The notes beneath the pieces were generated by a model, which was not told where the DNA came from, did not search any database, and saw only the letters and a program-made list of their open reading frames with translations. Shown in pieces: positions 19,440 to 29,586 of a stretch of DNA of 64,000 nt. A program made the translations under genes and the position numbers. Location: the NCBI GenBank assembly GCA_001791305.1, contig MGEI01000003.1, positions 13,926-77,925 of the forward strand, read 5' to 3'. Within the stretch, counting starts at the first letter, position 1. Every line of letters begins with the position of its first letter. This stretch comes from Candidatus Uhrbacteria bacterium RIFCSPLOWO2_01_FULL_47_17. Lineage in GTDB: Bacteria > Patescibacteriota > Patescibacteriia > UBA9934 > GWF2-40-263.

Positions 19440-19805
19440 ATGTCCCCATTTGCTCAAACATCTTTTGTTTCGCATACGTCTCGACCATTTCGCGTAAACG
19501 CGATTCCGCTTTGGATCACGACAAATGTCACACGTGTGAACATGGTTACATTTGCCGTGCTTATAATTGTTTGTCTTGCTTACATCGTTCAAGTCAACAA
19601 TACAGCATCTAAAGGCTATCAAATTCGCGATCTTGAAAATACAATCCATCATCTGACCGTTGCCAACCAACAATCCGAATTAGAAATTCGCGAAGCACAA
19701 TCGCTCAACACTATTCAGCGTTCGGTAAAAATGATCGGAATGGTTCCGGCAGAACAGGCGGTGTATGTGGATGCACGCGGAGGATCGGTGGCATTTGCGC
19801 AATAA
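19440..19805 (+). CDS. ftsL: Cell division protein FtsL/DivIC-like (single TM plus coiled coil)
   Basis: Position after rsmH; one TM helix (FAVLIIVCLAYIV) followed by a coiled-coil segment; weak sequence conservation expected. Confidence 0.45.
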   Translation: MSPFAQTSFVSHTSRPFRVNAIPLWITTNVTRVNMVTFAVLIIVCLAYIVQVNNTASKGYQIRDLENTIHHLTVANQQSELEIREAQSLNTIQRSVKMIGMVPAEQAVYVDARGGSVAFAQ

Positions 19806-19810
19806 ACGAA

Positions 19811-19850
19811 AAACGTAGGGGAGGCTCGCGAGCCTCCCCTACGTTTTTTT
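19811..19850. terminator. Bidirectional rho-independent terminator (GTAGGGGAGGCTCGcGAGCCTCCCCTAC plus T8)
   Basis: 13-bp perfect stem and T-run between convergent ftsL and the minus gene at 19850. Confidence 0.6.
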
Positions 19851-20692
19851 TAATTTCGCGTTTCTTCTTTGATTGGTGCGTTTGTCGCATCAACTCGCAG
19901 ACGTGCGGCCGTTTGTGGATCTGTTTCTGCAATGGATTGAACGAGTTGATTCAATTCTCGACGCATGGCATCTGCATTGAACATGGAATCATGGGGATCC
20001 CCAAGCGCAACGAGTATGAGCGGTTTCTCAGCGGTAATCTTTTTTCCGAATCCGTGTGCGCCAAGCGCAATTTGAATGGCGAGTTTTGTATTGTCGAGGG
20101 CTGGCTTGTACTGGTTTTCTGTTGGATCATCCTCATTCATGTCATGGAGCAATCGACGACTAATGACAAATCCGGGAGGCAGAATATCTTTTGATGCCGC
20201 TTGATTGAATTGGCCCGTGCCATCGTAATAAACAACACGCGCATAGTGGAATTCTTTTGGACGTGAAACTTTTTCAATGTGTCCGAGATAGGGAACTCCA
20301 AGCTGTGTGGCCATATCTTTTGCTTTTTGAATGGCAACTTCCTCAACACTTTTGTCTGTAATGCCATTTTCTTTGCAGTATTTTTCCGCCGCCCCGCAAC
20401 CCTCATGGCTTTTTACGCCTTTTATTCCCATGGCTTGTAAACGATCCACAAGGTTTGCTCGCTCTTCATCGGATAAAAGAATACCGCTTCCAGCAACGCG
20501 AAAAAGACCATTGTCTGTTCCTTCGTCAATGCAGCATAAACAAGATTCGCCTTTTTCGAACAATGTTTCCGCGCTCTCCACAGCAAGAAGCCCTTCGATG
20601 CCTTTTTCATACAATTCACGCATCTGTTTTTGTGACTCCATCCACTTGTTTTCCATGACGGCTTCTACGGATTCGTATTCGATATTCGGCAT
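19850..20692 (-). CDS. Hypothetical protein (Cys-containing, function unknown)
   Basis: 280 aa from MPNIEY...; CLCCIDEGT and SHEGCG Cys clusters; no family assigned. Confidence 0.4.
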   Translation of the reverse strand: MPNIEYESVEAVMENKWMESQKQMRELYEKGIEGLLAVESAETLFEKGESCLCCIDEGTDNGLFRVAGSGILLSDEERANLVDRLQAMGIKGVKSHEGCGAAEKYCKENGITDKSVEEVAIQKAKDMATQLGVPYLGHIEKVSRPKEFHYARVVYYDGTGQFNQAASKDILPPGFVISRRLLHDMNEDDPTENQYKPALDNTKLAIQIALGAHGFGKKITAEKPLILVALGDPHDSMFNADAMRRELNQLVQSIAETDPQTAARLRVDATNAPIKEETRN

Positions 20693-20830
20693 ATGGCAAG
20701 AGTATAGCAAATAGTTTGTGTGATCAAAAGGATAGACGTGTGATGGAATAAAATGTTGTTCGAATATTTATCCACAGTAGAGAAAAAACATACTTTGCAT
20801 TTCAAATTTATGTTATACTAGTGTCAATAA

Positions 20831-23800
20831 TTGAATAATTTTGTTCCATTTTTTATGTTTGATTCTTTTTTTGAAAGAAGTGTTCGACAAGCTTCAAAGA
20901 CCCTGAAGTTTTGTGCGACGCTTTTTTTCGTCGCTGCAACATTCTTGTGGAGTGTGTCACCACTCGGTTTGTTGTCGGCGCGTCCGGTGTTTGCGGCATC
21001 TGCCGTCACGGTGTCAAATGGCACCATTAACGCAAACTTTCCTGGTGCGCTTATTCAAGCAAGTTCGCCAGCAACGTCCATTGCAAAGGTCAGTGTTACC
21101 GCGTCAGCTGCGAGTAAAACACTCACTTCCGTCCAAGTAAACTTTTCTGGATCGGGATTTGCAACGTCTGACCTTTTGGATCTTGCAACAGACGACGCGT
21201 CCGGAGTCGCCTTATATAATGATGCGGGTGGAACACCCGGATCTTTTGATGGCACAGACGCGGTTGTCACCCTTGCAAGCGGTCCAGCATTTTCTGGAAC
21301 AAACCTTGTTTTGACGCCGGCAACTCCCGTTGCACTTACAAGCGGCACAGCCGTCATTTTTCACGTTGTTATCAAAACAGCTGCTGGAATTACCCATAAC
21401 GATGTTATTGATGCAACCGTTCCAATCAACGGAGTTGTGACTTCAGATGGCAACGGCCCAACATCTGCATTTGTGGTGAACAATTTGCGTGCAGATACCG
21501 CTGCGGCAACCATTCAAAGCGTTTCTGGTTTCGCAGGTTCTCCAACATTAACCGTCAAGTTTTCAAAGCCAGTTCAAAAAGTTGGTATCGGAAACTTGAG
21601 TTTTGTTGGTGCCGGTGATCCATTTACGTATGTTGATGGTGGTGGTGGTGCAACCGCTCAAACCATTGTTGCTGTTCAACATACAGCAGGACAAGATTTC
21701 GCCACAGTGAACATGTCTACAAATCTTGATGCGGAAGATGTAGATGGATCGCCAGCGACCCTTGCTGCAGGGACAAACAAAATTGCAGACATGGCAGGAA
21801 ACGCACTCGGGACTTCAACGGTAAACATTGGAAGTCCGCTTGGAATTTCAACCGCAAACGTTCAGCTTGCGACAGTTGCTGCTGTTTATGATGCAAACTC
21901 CACTCTTGTGACATTTGAAGCCGTTGGTGGAACCTCACCTTATAGCTTTACGGCAAACAGCGCTGGGGATACAACCATTCTTTCCAATTTAGGCCTTTCA
22001 CTTGCAACAAACGGAAAACTGACAGGAACTGTTGCAAACAGGACAGGAACACATCAAGTAAACATTAAAGTAACAGACAGTACAGGAACTCCACTTACCT
22101 CAACACGTCTTTACAACATTAACGTCGCAACGTCTGGTGGAGCTGTTCCGGCCATCTCAGGTTTGAATCCTGCAGGAGGAGCGCAAAGTGCTTCCGCATT
22201 ATCCATAACGTTAACAGGACTCAACACGTCGTTTACCGGAAGTTCACCCGCTTCTTCGGTTTCTATTGCGCTTCCTTCTGGAGCATCTGAACCAAACGGC
22301 ATTACAGTTGGTGCTATTACAGTAAATAGTGCGACTTCGATCACATTTCCGGTCACAATCGCAGCAAACGCAACAACAGGACCTCGTGATGTTCAAGTTA
22401 CAACCGGATCTCAAACCGTTACCATGCCAAATGGATTTAACGTGTTTGCAAGCGGCGCATCTGGACTCACCTTGTTGCTTCCATCGGACGCATCCACGGG
22501 AAATCCAATGCCACCAACATTTCAATTCAACCCATCAAGCCATGCAGATACAACCGGATATCTCATAACGGTTGCGACGACTTCCAGTTTTTCAACGGTC
22601 GCGTGGCAATACATCTTTCCAAAGCCAGCTGATGCTCAAAATTCAAATGGCAGCCATTGTTCTACAACAAACTGTAATTTGACCTATGGTGCGGGAAATT
22701 TTTCGATCATGCGCCAACCAACGGCTCTTTCTCCGGACACGGTCTATTACTGGAAGGTGAGTACCTATTCAGGAAACTTCATCTCGATCAATCCGGACAC
22801 ATCCGTTCCTCTTGAGACAACAACGGTCCGTTCATTCAGGACAACTGCTTCCGTGCTTGATGCCTCCGCACCAAACATCATGCATCGTCCTGCGTTTAGT
22901 GCAACCGCAAGTACAAACCTTGTGTTGTTTGCACGTATTACGGATGATAAGACAACCGTGAGTACAACTCCAGCGCTCAGTACAAAATTATTTCATTGCC
23001 AAGGAGCAGCTTGTACACCAACAACCCAAGTAATCGGCACCTCTGTCGGGTCTGGATATTTCAGTTTCACCATTCCTAGTAACGCGATTGGAATTGCTGG
23101 AACCATTACACGTTATTACTTGCAAGCAACAGACAGTACCAATACCGCCAACTTTAAAAAGGCAGACGCGTCGCCATTTCAGCTCACATCTGCGGCGGCA
23201 GGTGCTTTCTCGATCGCGGGAACCGTTAAAGATTCCACCAATACCTGTAGCGCTGAAATTCAAGGTGCAAAGGTTTTTGCAGAAGGAAGCGGATTTTACG
23301 CAACCACAGACGGAAGCTGTGCATTTACCATTTCCGGATTGCCAGCTGGAACCTATGATTTAGTTGCGGTCATGGATGATTTTGCTGACCGAATGATTTC
23401 AAGTATTCCTGCCGGATCAACAGCAATTCCATTTAAGCTTACGAATGGAGTAGCAGGTGGAGCAGGGGGAGATATCACAAAACCTCGCGTCAAATTTTCA
23501 GGTCCTATGGATGGCATGACAAATATGCCAGGAGGGGACACGAACTTTAAGGTTTCTGTTGTATTTGATAAGGCGATGAGTCAATCGTCCATCAACGCCA
23601 TGGACCTTACGGTCAACGAAGTAAATCTCACAACAGGAGCTCTTACAGACATCACAAGCACAAAAGGTTCTTGGACCTATTACAATTCAGCTCCTTCGCC
23701 AGCAGTGATGGGAATTCCAAATGAATCCAACATGGCTGTTTGGGCGTTTACGGGAGGAAACACATTTGGTGATAATAAAACCATTGCCGTTGTTGCAACT

Positions 23801-26800
23801 TCTGGTGTGACAGATACTGCTGGTAACGCCATTCAAGGAAACCAATCTGATGGAAGTTACGTCTTTACGTTCACCACGAGTTCAACCGCCACTTTTTCCG
23901 GAAATACGCTTACGGGTGGAACATTTGGTTCCGGTGCCTTTGTTGCTCCACGCGTAAATGGAATTTCACCTGCTCCTGGATCAATAGATGTTGCACGTAA
24001 CCGAAAAGTGGTTATTGATTTTTCCGTCCCTATGGCAGATGACGGAGGTGGGTACACATTGAAGAGTACGGTAAAACTGTTTTCCGTCTCAGGAACAACG
24101 GAAACAGATGTAAGCTCAACTGCCATTGATACAGTGACGCTCAACTCCGCAAAGACGAGCGCAACCGTTTCGCTTTTGAGCACGTTTAATACGGGTTTGT
24201 TTGCGGCAAGCACGAATTATCGTGTGAAGATCATGGGAACAGCAAAGGCTGCAAATGGAATGACACTCGCTCCGCCAGCAAGTGCGTCCACAACGGTCTC
24301 GTTCATGGGTGACTTCAAAACGAGTGCGACATCAGATACAGCTGCTCCAACCATTGTTGGAACATTTCCGGATACAGACGCAACGAGCGTTCCTGTGAAC
24401 GTTGGTGCGGTAAGTGTTGGATTTAGTAAAGACATGGATGTTTCCACACTGACATCAAGCAATATTTATCTTTCTGTCGGTTCAACAACTGTAAACGGAA
24501 CATTGGAATATCGTCCTCTTGAGCGCCAAGCGTACTTCTTACCAAAATCCGCATTGAGTGGCGCAACGACATACACATTAACGCTTTCAACGGGTGTGAA
24601 AGCAGCAAACGGAGTTGCTCTTGCATCAGCTGTAACGCGTTCCTTCACAACAGGGGTAGCGGATAGCACAGCGCCATCCATTTCCTTCATGAACGCAGAT
24701 GATTATTCCATCGCGATTACGTTCTCGGAGCCGATGAATGCCGCAAAAGCAACAGATACATTGAATTGGTCAACATCCGTCATTAATCCAGCCGTTTACA
24801 ATGTATTGAAATATGGAGCTGCAGGATTCAACGTAAGTTCAGCTGGAACAGCCGTTGCTTTGACGAGTGCTCAATTTAAGTATGACGCTGTTACAAACAC
24901 GGTCGTTATTTCTGGCTTGAGTTTGACTGCAGCAATCGGTCAAGAATTGTATGTGTCCATGGATATTTCTGGAACACCATCAAGTGGTGCACAAATCGCT
25001 CTTGATTTGTCCGGAAATGCGATTACATCTGCAGGAAACTCCTCACGTGCAACGTTGAAAAATAGCGCGACAACAAAAGGTGCGCTTGGACCAATGGCCT
25101 CTTCAACGGATGCGTCAACAACGGCTGGACAATTTATTCCAACCAACTTCTCAACCAACACCTTCGGTTTCGCTCCGCCAGTTGAAGTGAAGCCAATGAC
25201 AACAGGTGCGGGAAAAATAACAACATACGCTGCCCGTATCCCAATTTCCACTCAAATTGCAGCTGGCGGAACAGCTGTTCTGACATTTCCAGCTGGGTTT
25301 GATGTTTCTCTCGCAAGCCAAGATATCAATCACCCAATGCGTACAGACTTGAATGGTCCGGGCTCCGGAACGATTACATTTAGGTGTTTAACAAATGTTG
25401 CAGGTGGAAAATCTTGTGCATCAGGCGCAAACAGCGATGATACGGGCGCTGCTCAAGGTGGACTTGCCGATGACGGAGTTGTTGTAAACACAGCAGCCAG
25501 ATCTGTTACGGTTTATCTTTCCGCGGCAACAAACAGCACAGGACATGATTTTCTTGAGATTTTTCTTGCTGGAATCAAGAACTCAACTGTTCCAAAAGAT
25601 TCCTCAACATCTGGTTATACGGTTGACATTAAGACAAAGAGCTCAACAACGGTTCATGAGTCTTTGACCTCCGCACCATTCTACATTCAAGGTGTAACAG
25701 GAACCGCTTACACATTGACCGGAACCATCACAGCAACATCGAACGACCAAACGGGAACCATGAAGGTTTTCCTCATGTCTCCAATGACGGGTCCAATGGA
25801 AACAACCTCCGCAGATTTTGCTAGTGGTGCAACGGCAGCGTTTTCGTTCACAAACTTGTCAGCAGGGGACTACATGCTCATGACAGAGCAGTCGATTACG
25901 CTTGGAAACCGTGAGTATGCAGGAAAAACGTTTCCGGAACGCGTTGTCATCAGCGAAGCGGCAGATATTGCAAACAGTGGAGATAATGACGATACCATTC
26001 CTTACAACTTCACCCTTGCAAGTAACACAAGTGGAATTCCTGTCACCATCTCTATTGATGGACCTAGTGCAGAGCCGGTAGATGTTTTTGCGATGTCCCC
26101 TTCAGGATTCAAAGTCAAACAAGTTACGCTTGATTCAAATGCAGGTGCACAAAACGTCACTCTGTATGTTCCTGCTACAGGAACATATCAAATCGGTGTA
26201 GGTCCTCAGATGCCAAAAGGCATTATGAGTGGTCCGCCTCCTGCTCCGTCTTACTTACCACCACGTCCGATTGAAGTTAAAGCTACTGCAGGATCGCCTA
26301 ATACATTTGTGGAAAATAGCGGAACGGCAAATGATGGAACATTGGTCTTCACTCTCACAGCTTCAAACAAATCAATTAAAGGACTCGTTCAAGACGCTGC
26401 TGGAAAAGTGATGGCAAACGCTGAAGTTTTTGCCTACTCACCAAATGGCGGAATGGGAACACGCGCACAAGCAGATTTGGCAGGTGCGTTTACCTTGAAC
26501 GTTGTGGACGGAAGCTACATTGTTGGAGCATTCATTCCAGGTATGCCGCCTTCAAAGGAAGTTGCTGTGGCGGTTACTTCACATGCAACCACTTACCTGC
26601 TCATCAATGGCGCAACAACAGCCATCACACCAGCGGCAGCGGCAACATCGTTTATTCTCAAAGTTGCAAAGCCTGATTACACGATTTCAGGAACGGTGAC
26701 GGACGGAACAAACGTTATAACGGGCGCATCTATTTATGCTTACAGAACAGATGCTCCTGGACACGCCAACGCACAAACAGATTCTTCTGGAAATTACACA

Positions 26801-29518
26801 CTCTATGTGAGCACCGGAACATGGAAAGTTGGAGTATTCGTGCCACAATACGGACAACTCACAGAAAAAGACGTTGTGATTACAACAGCAAATGCGACAA
26901 GTCAAAATTTTGCTCCTTCTTCGACGGGAACATTCTATTCCGTATCAGGAACCGTGACATCAAACGGTGCTGCTGTTACGGGGGCATTCGTTCGTATCAT
27001 GGGAAATGCCACGTTTAATGAAGCTGTTACGGGAGTAGACGGAACCTACAGCGTGAAAGTCCCGTCTGGAAATGGATATGTCGTGCGCGCGTTTGTTCCT
27101 GGTGTAGGAGATACACCGGAACTCGCTGCCTTTAACGTGACGGCAGACGTAACAGGAAAAGATATCACCGTTGGAACATTGAATACAGTAACTTTCGTGC
27201 TTTCAACCGCCGCAACTGCCATGATTGAAGCGTTCACATCAGATGGACGAGGAAATCGTATTCAAATCAATAACACAACATCCGGAACGATGTCATTGCC
27301 AAACGGTGATTACACCATCCGCGCAAACATTCAGGGAGTAAACATTGGTCTCACAGATATCGCAGCGACCAGTGGATCAACAGTTTATAGCTCAACAACA
27401 GGAATCGTAACGGTGAACGGAGCAGAATCCCTTACCATTACCCTTCCAACACAAAGAACGATTACGGGAACCGTTCGTGATAGTGCAGGACTTTTGGCTG
27501 ATGCGTGGGTTGAAATCAGTAGTGCAACATCTGGAATCCGTTTTGGAACAAAGAGTGATGTAAATGGAGCCTTTACGCTTAAGGTGGCAGATTCAGCAAC
27601 CGCTTATCGTCTGAACGCCATGAAGCCAGGATATTTCCGTGAGCCAAGCTCCCTTACCGTCAATGGATCAGATCCAGCGGCACAGGTCCTCACGTTAACA
27701 TCCGCAACAACAACCATTACCGGTCAAGTTCTGGTTGGATCTAACCCTGTCGCAAACGCCTTCGTACGTGCGGAAAAACAAGGAGGTGGATTTGCAGGAA
27801 CACAGGCAGATGCAAGCGGAAATTATACGTTGTCTGTTACGTCCGGCGTTTGGAGTGTTTATGCTGTCGGTCAGGGATATGCAGAAAAAGCATTTGCTTC
27901 AAACCCAATTGACGTCACTGCTGGATCCGTCACAGGAAAAACTATTACGCTGTCAACGACCGTGACGCTTGATCCACCAAAATCGAAGTCCATTACGCCA
28001 TCCTCAGGAGGAACCTTAGAAGATACAACCGCAGGAATTTCCTTAAACATTCCAGCGAATGCCTTTGGTTCCGTTTCTGAGGCTGCATCACTTACTTCGA
28101 CAGAAACAAGCAACATCCGCCGAACAGATTCTGCAAGACCTGTTAAAGGAATTGAAATTAAAGCGACGGATTCAGACGGAAATGCGATTACAACATTGAA
28201 TAATGACGCGACCGTCGAAATGACGTTAACACAGGCTGAGCTTGCTGCAACGGCTTCTGACTCAGACGCATCCATCAACACGATGGCGGAAGTCGACAAG
28301 TTGCGTATGGCCTACTTTGACGAAACAACCGCGAACTGGGTGACTCTTGAAACGACAAGAACATGTGAAAACGCAAGTGGTGTCGTGATTACAGATGCAA
28401 CGGCATTAGACACTGCCGTAGAATTTACAGATAATTGTGCTGTACTCAAAATTGCTGCGCTCACAGATCACTTTTCTCTCTACGCCCCAGTTGTCTCAAC
28501 AAGTTCTGAAGCCCCATCAACTCCAAGTGGATTTGCAGGATCTTCAAATTCTACATCTTCCGTAAACTTGTCATGGACTGTCGTGTCGGATGCAACTTCA
28601 TATGATATTTATCGAAGTAGTTCATCAAGTGGAACATTCACACGTCTTGGAAGTGAACCAACAGTCAGTTCTGGATCAACGGTCACATATGCCGACACAG
28701 GTCTCACATCTAGCACAGCATATTATTACAAGATCACCTCATTAAATACTTCGGGCGAATCCGCTTCGTCGAGTGTGATTTCCGTCATAACAGTAGGCGC
28801 AAGTGGTGGAGGTGGTTCATCAGGTCCTGTCACCCTTCCATCAACAACTACAACGACTACGACAACAACAACCGTCGCACCAACGACAACAACACCTGTC
28901 GCAGCTGCACCAAAGGTTGCTGAGGTTGTAACGGTTAAAGCAAGTCCGGTTGCACAGTTGATTCAAAATCCCGCAAAGGCGAGTGAACTTATCGCTGCGC
29001 TTGGCCTTACAACCAAACCAGCAGACGAAAAGAAATATTCAGCTCTCATAAAGTCTGATGCTCTCGCATTCAAAGTGAAATTAACCGCTGAGCAACAGAC
29101 CACGATTACAAACTTCGTCACATACGGTGCCTCTGCCGAAACCGTAAAACTCGGTGCGGGTGAACGTCGTGCGGTCGTTCGTGATTATCTTGAGACCGTC
29201 GGACGCTCAGAAGTGATCTGGGAAGATGTCCAGCGCATGGCAACAGGTCAAAAATTAGTCAATCGCAATTTGGCAAAAGAACAAGCGCAAGTAAACCGTG
29301 TGCTCGCAAACTTTAAGCACATGGTTGGCCACGCGCCAAACTTTAAAGTGCCAGCAGAAGATATCGCTTGGAACACCATGATGTATCGCATCCGTTTTCC
29401 ACGTGATCTTACTGTAGAAAAACAAGGAATCGTAGAATTCAAAGGGCTCTACAAGCGCAATCCAAGCACACCAATGGAATGGTCCATTGTGCGCGCTCTC
29501 GGATACGCCTTGAAATAA
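20831..29518 (+). CDS. Giant secreted surface protein (2,895 aa) with Ig-like, CarboxypepD_reg/PEGA-like and FN3 repeats, poly-Thr linker and distinct C-terminal domain
   Basis: N-terminal signal peptide; Thr/Ser/Ala/Gly-rich beta-repeat modules; repeated GTVTDG...GNYTL motifs; FN3-like LSWTVVSDATSYDIYRSS...YYYKITSLN; TTTTTTTTTT linker. Confidence 0.7.
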   Translation: MNNFVPFFMFDSFFERSVRQASKTLKFCATLFFVAATFLWSVSPLGLLSARPVFAASAVTVSNGTINANFPGALIQASSPATSIAKVSVTASAASKTLTSVQVNFSGSGFATSDLLDLATDDASGVALYNDAGGTPGSFDGTDAVVTLASGPAFSGTNLVLTPATPVALTSGTAVIFHVVIKTAAGITHNDVIDATVPINGVVTSDGNGPTSAFVVNNLRADTAAATIQSVSGFAGSPTLTVKFSKPVQKVGIGNLSFVGAGDPFTYVDGGGGATAQTIVAVQHTAGQDFATVNMSTNLDAEDVDGSPATLAAGTNKIADMAGNALGTSTVNIGSPLGISTANVQLATVAAVYDANSTLVTFEAVGGTSPYSFTANSAGDTTILSNLGLSLATNGKLTGTVANRTGTHQVNIKVTDSTGTPLTSTRLYNINVATSGGAVPAISGLNPAGGAQSASALSITLTGLNTSFTGSSPASSVSIALPSGASEPNGITVGAITVNSATSITFPVTIAANATTGPRDVQVTTGSQTVTMPNGFNVFASGASGLTLLLPSDASTGNPMPPTFQFNPSSHADTTGYLITVATTSSFSTVAWQYIFPKPADAQNSNGSHCSTTNCNLTYGAGNFSIMRQPTALSPDTVYYWKVSTYSGNFISINPDTSVPLETTTVRSFRTTASVLDASAPNIMHRPAFSATASTNLVLFARITDDKTTVSTTPALSTKLFHCQGAACTPTTQVIGTSVGSGYFSFTIPSNAIGIAGTITRYYLQATDSTNTANFKKADASPFQLTSAAAGAFSIAGTVKDSTNTCSAEIQGAKVFAEGSGFYATTDGSCAFTISGLPAGTYDLVAVMDDFADRMISSIPAGSTAIPFKLTNGVAGGAGGDITKPRVKFSGPMDGMTNMPGGDTNFKVSVVFDKAMSQSSINAMDLTVNEVNLTTGALTDITSTKGSWTYYNSAPSPAVMGIPNESNMAVWAFTGGNTFGDNKTIAVVATSGVTDTAGNAIQGNQSDGSYVFTFTTSSTATFSGNTLTGGTFGSGAFVAPRVNGISPAPGSIDVARNRKVVIDFSVPMADDGGGYTLKSTVKLFSVSGTTETDVSSTAIDTVTLNSAKTSATVSLLSTFNTGLFAASTNYRVKIMGTAKAANGMTLAPPASASTTVSFMGDFKTSATSDTAAPTIVGTFPDTDATSVPVNVGAVSVGFSKDMDVSTLTSSNIYLSVGSTTVNGTLEYRPLERQAYFLPKSALSGATTYTLTLSTGVKAANGVALASAVTRSFTTGVADSTAPSISFMNADDYSIAITFSEPMNAAKATDTLNWSTSVINPAVYNVLKYGAAGFNVSSAGTAVALTSAQFKYDAVTNTVVISGLSLTAAIGQELYVSMDISGTPSSGAQIALDLSGNAITSAGNSSRATLKNSATTKGALGPMASSTDASTTAGQFIPTNFSTNTFGFAPPVEVKPMTTGAGKITTYAARIPISTQIAAGGTAVLTFPAGFDVSLASQDINHPMRTDLNGPGSGTITFRCLTNVAGGKSCASGANSDDTGAAQGGLADDGVVVNTAARSVTVYLSAATNSTGHDFLEIFLAGIKNSTVPKDSSTSGYTVDIKTKSSTTVHESLTSAPFYIQGVTGTAYTLTGTITATSNDQTGTMKVFLMSPMTGPMETTSADFASGATAAFSFTNLSAGDYMLMTEQSITLGNREYAGKTFPERVVISEAADIANSGDNDDTIPYNFTLASNTSGIPVTISIDGPSAEPVDVFAMSPSGFKVKQVTLDSNAGAQNVTLYVPATGTYQIGVGPQMPKGIMSGPPPAPSYLPPRPIEVKATAGSPNTFVENSGTANDGTLVFTLTASNKSIKGLVQDAAGKVMANAEVFAYSPNGGMGTRAQADLAGAFTLNVVDGSYIVGAFIPGMPPSKEVAVAVTSHATTYLLINGATTAITPAAAATSFILKVAKPDYTISGTVTDGTNVITGASIYAYRTDAPGHANAQTDSSGNYTLYVSTGTWKVGVFVPQYGQLTEKDVVITTANATSQNFAPSSTGTFYSVSGTVTSNGAAVTGAFVRIMGNATFNEAVTGVDGTYSVKVPSGNGYVVRAFVPGVGDTPELAAFNVTADVTGKDITVGTLNTVTFVLSTAATAMIEAFTSDGRGNRIQINNTTSGTMSLPNGDYTIRANIQGVNIGLTDIAATSGSTVYSSTTGIVTVNGAESLTITLPTQRTITGTVRDSAGLLADAWVEISSATSGIRFGTKSDVNGAFTLKVADSATAYRLNAMKPGYFREPSSLTVNGSDPAAQVLTLTSATTTITGQVLVGSNPVANAFVRAEKQGGGFAGTQADASGNYTLSVTSGVWSVYAVGQGYAEKAFASNPIDVTAGSVTGKTITLSTTVTLDPPKSKSITPSSGGTLEDTTAGISLNIPANAFGSVSEAASLTSTETSNIRRTDSARPVKGIEIKATDSDGNAITTLNNDATVEMTLTQAELAATASDSDASINTMAEVDKLRMAYFDETTANWVTLETTRTCENASGVVITDATALDTAVEFTDNCAVLKIAALTDHFSLYAPVVSTSSEAPSTPSGFAGSSNSTSSVNLSWTVVSDATSYDIYRSSSSSGTFTRLGSEPTVSSGSTVTYADTGLTSSTAYYYKITSLNTSGESASSSVISVITVGASGGGGSSGPVTLPSTTTTTTTTTTVAPTTTTPVAAAPKVAEVVTVKASPVAQLIQNPAKASELIAALGLTTKPADEKKYSALIKSDALAFKVKLTAEQQTTITNFVTYGASAETVKLGAGERRAVVRDYLETVGRSEVIWEDVQRMATGQKLVNRNLAKEQAQVNRVLANFKHMVGHAPNFKVPAEDIAWNTMMYRIRFPRDLTVEKQGIVEFKGLYKRNPSTPMEWSIVRALGYALK

Positions 29519-29586
29519 GGGAAAGAAAACATCTCGCCTCGGCGGGATGTTTTTTTCTCTGTGTCTCTCTGTTATACTTCTTTCGT

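Noticed and set aside
28845-28900. Tandem ACN codon repeats (acaactacaacgactacgacaacaacaacc...)
   Set aside because: This is the poly-Thr linker of the giant protein and is coding low complexity, not a CRISPR or satellite array. No spaced direct repeats typical of CRISPR were seen anywhere in the window.
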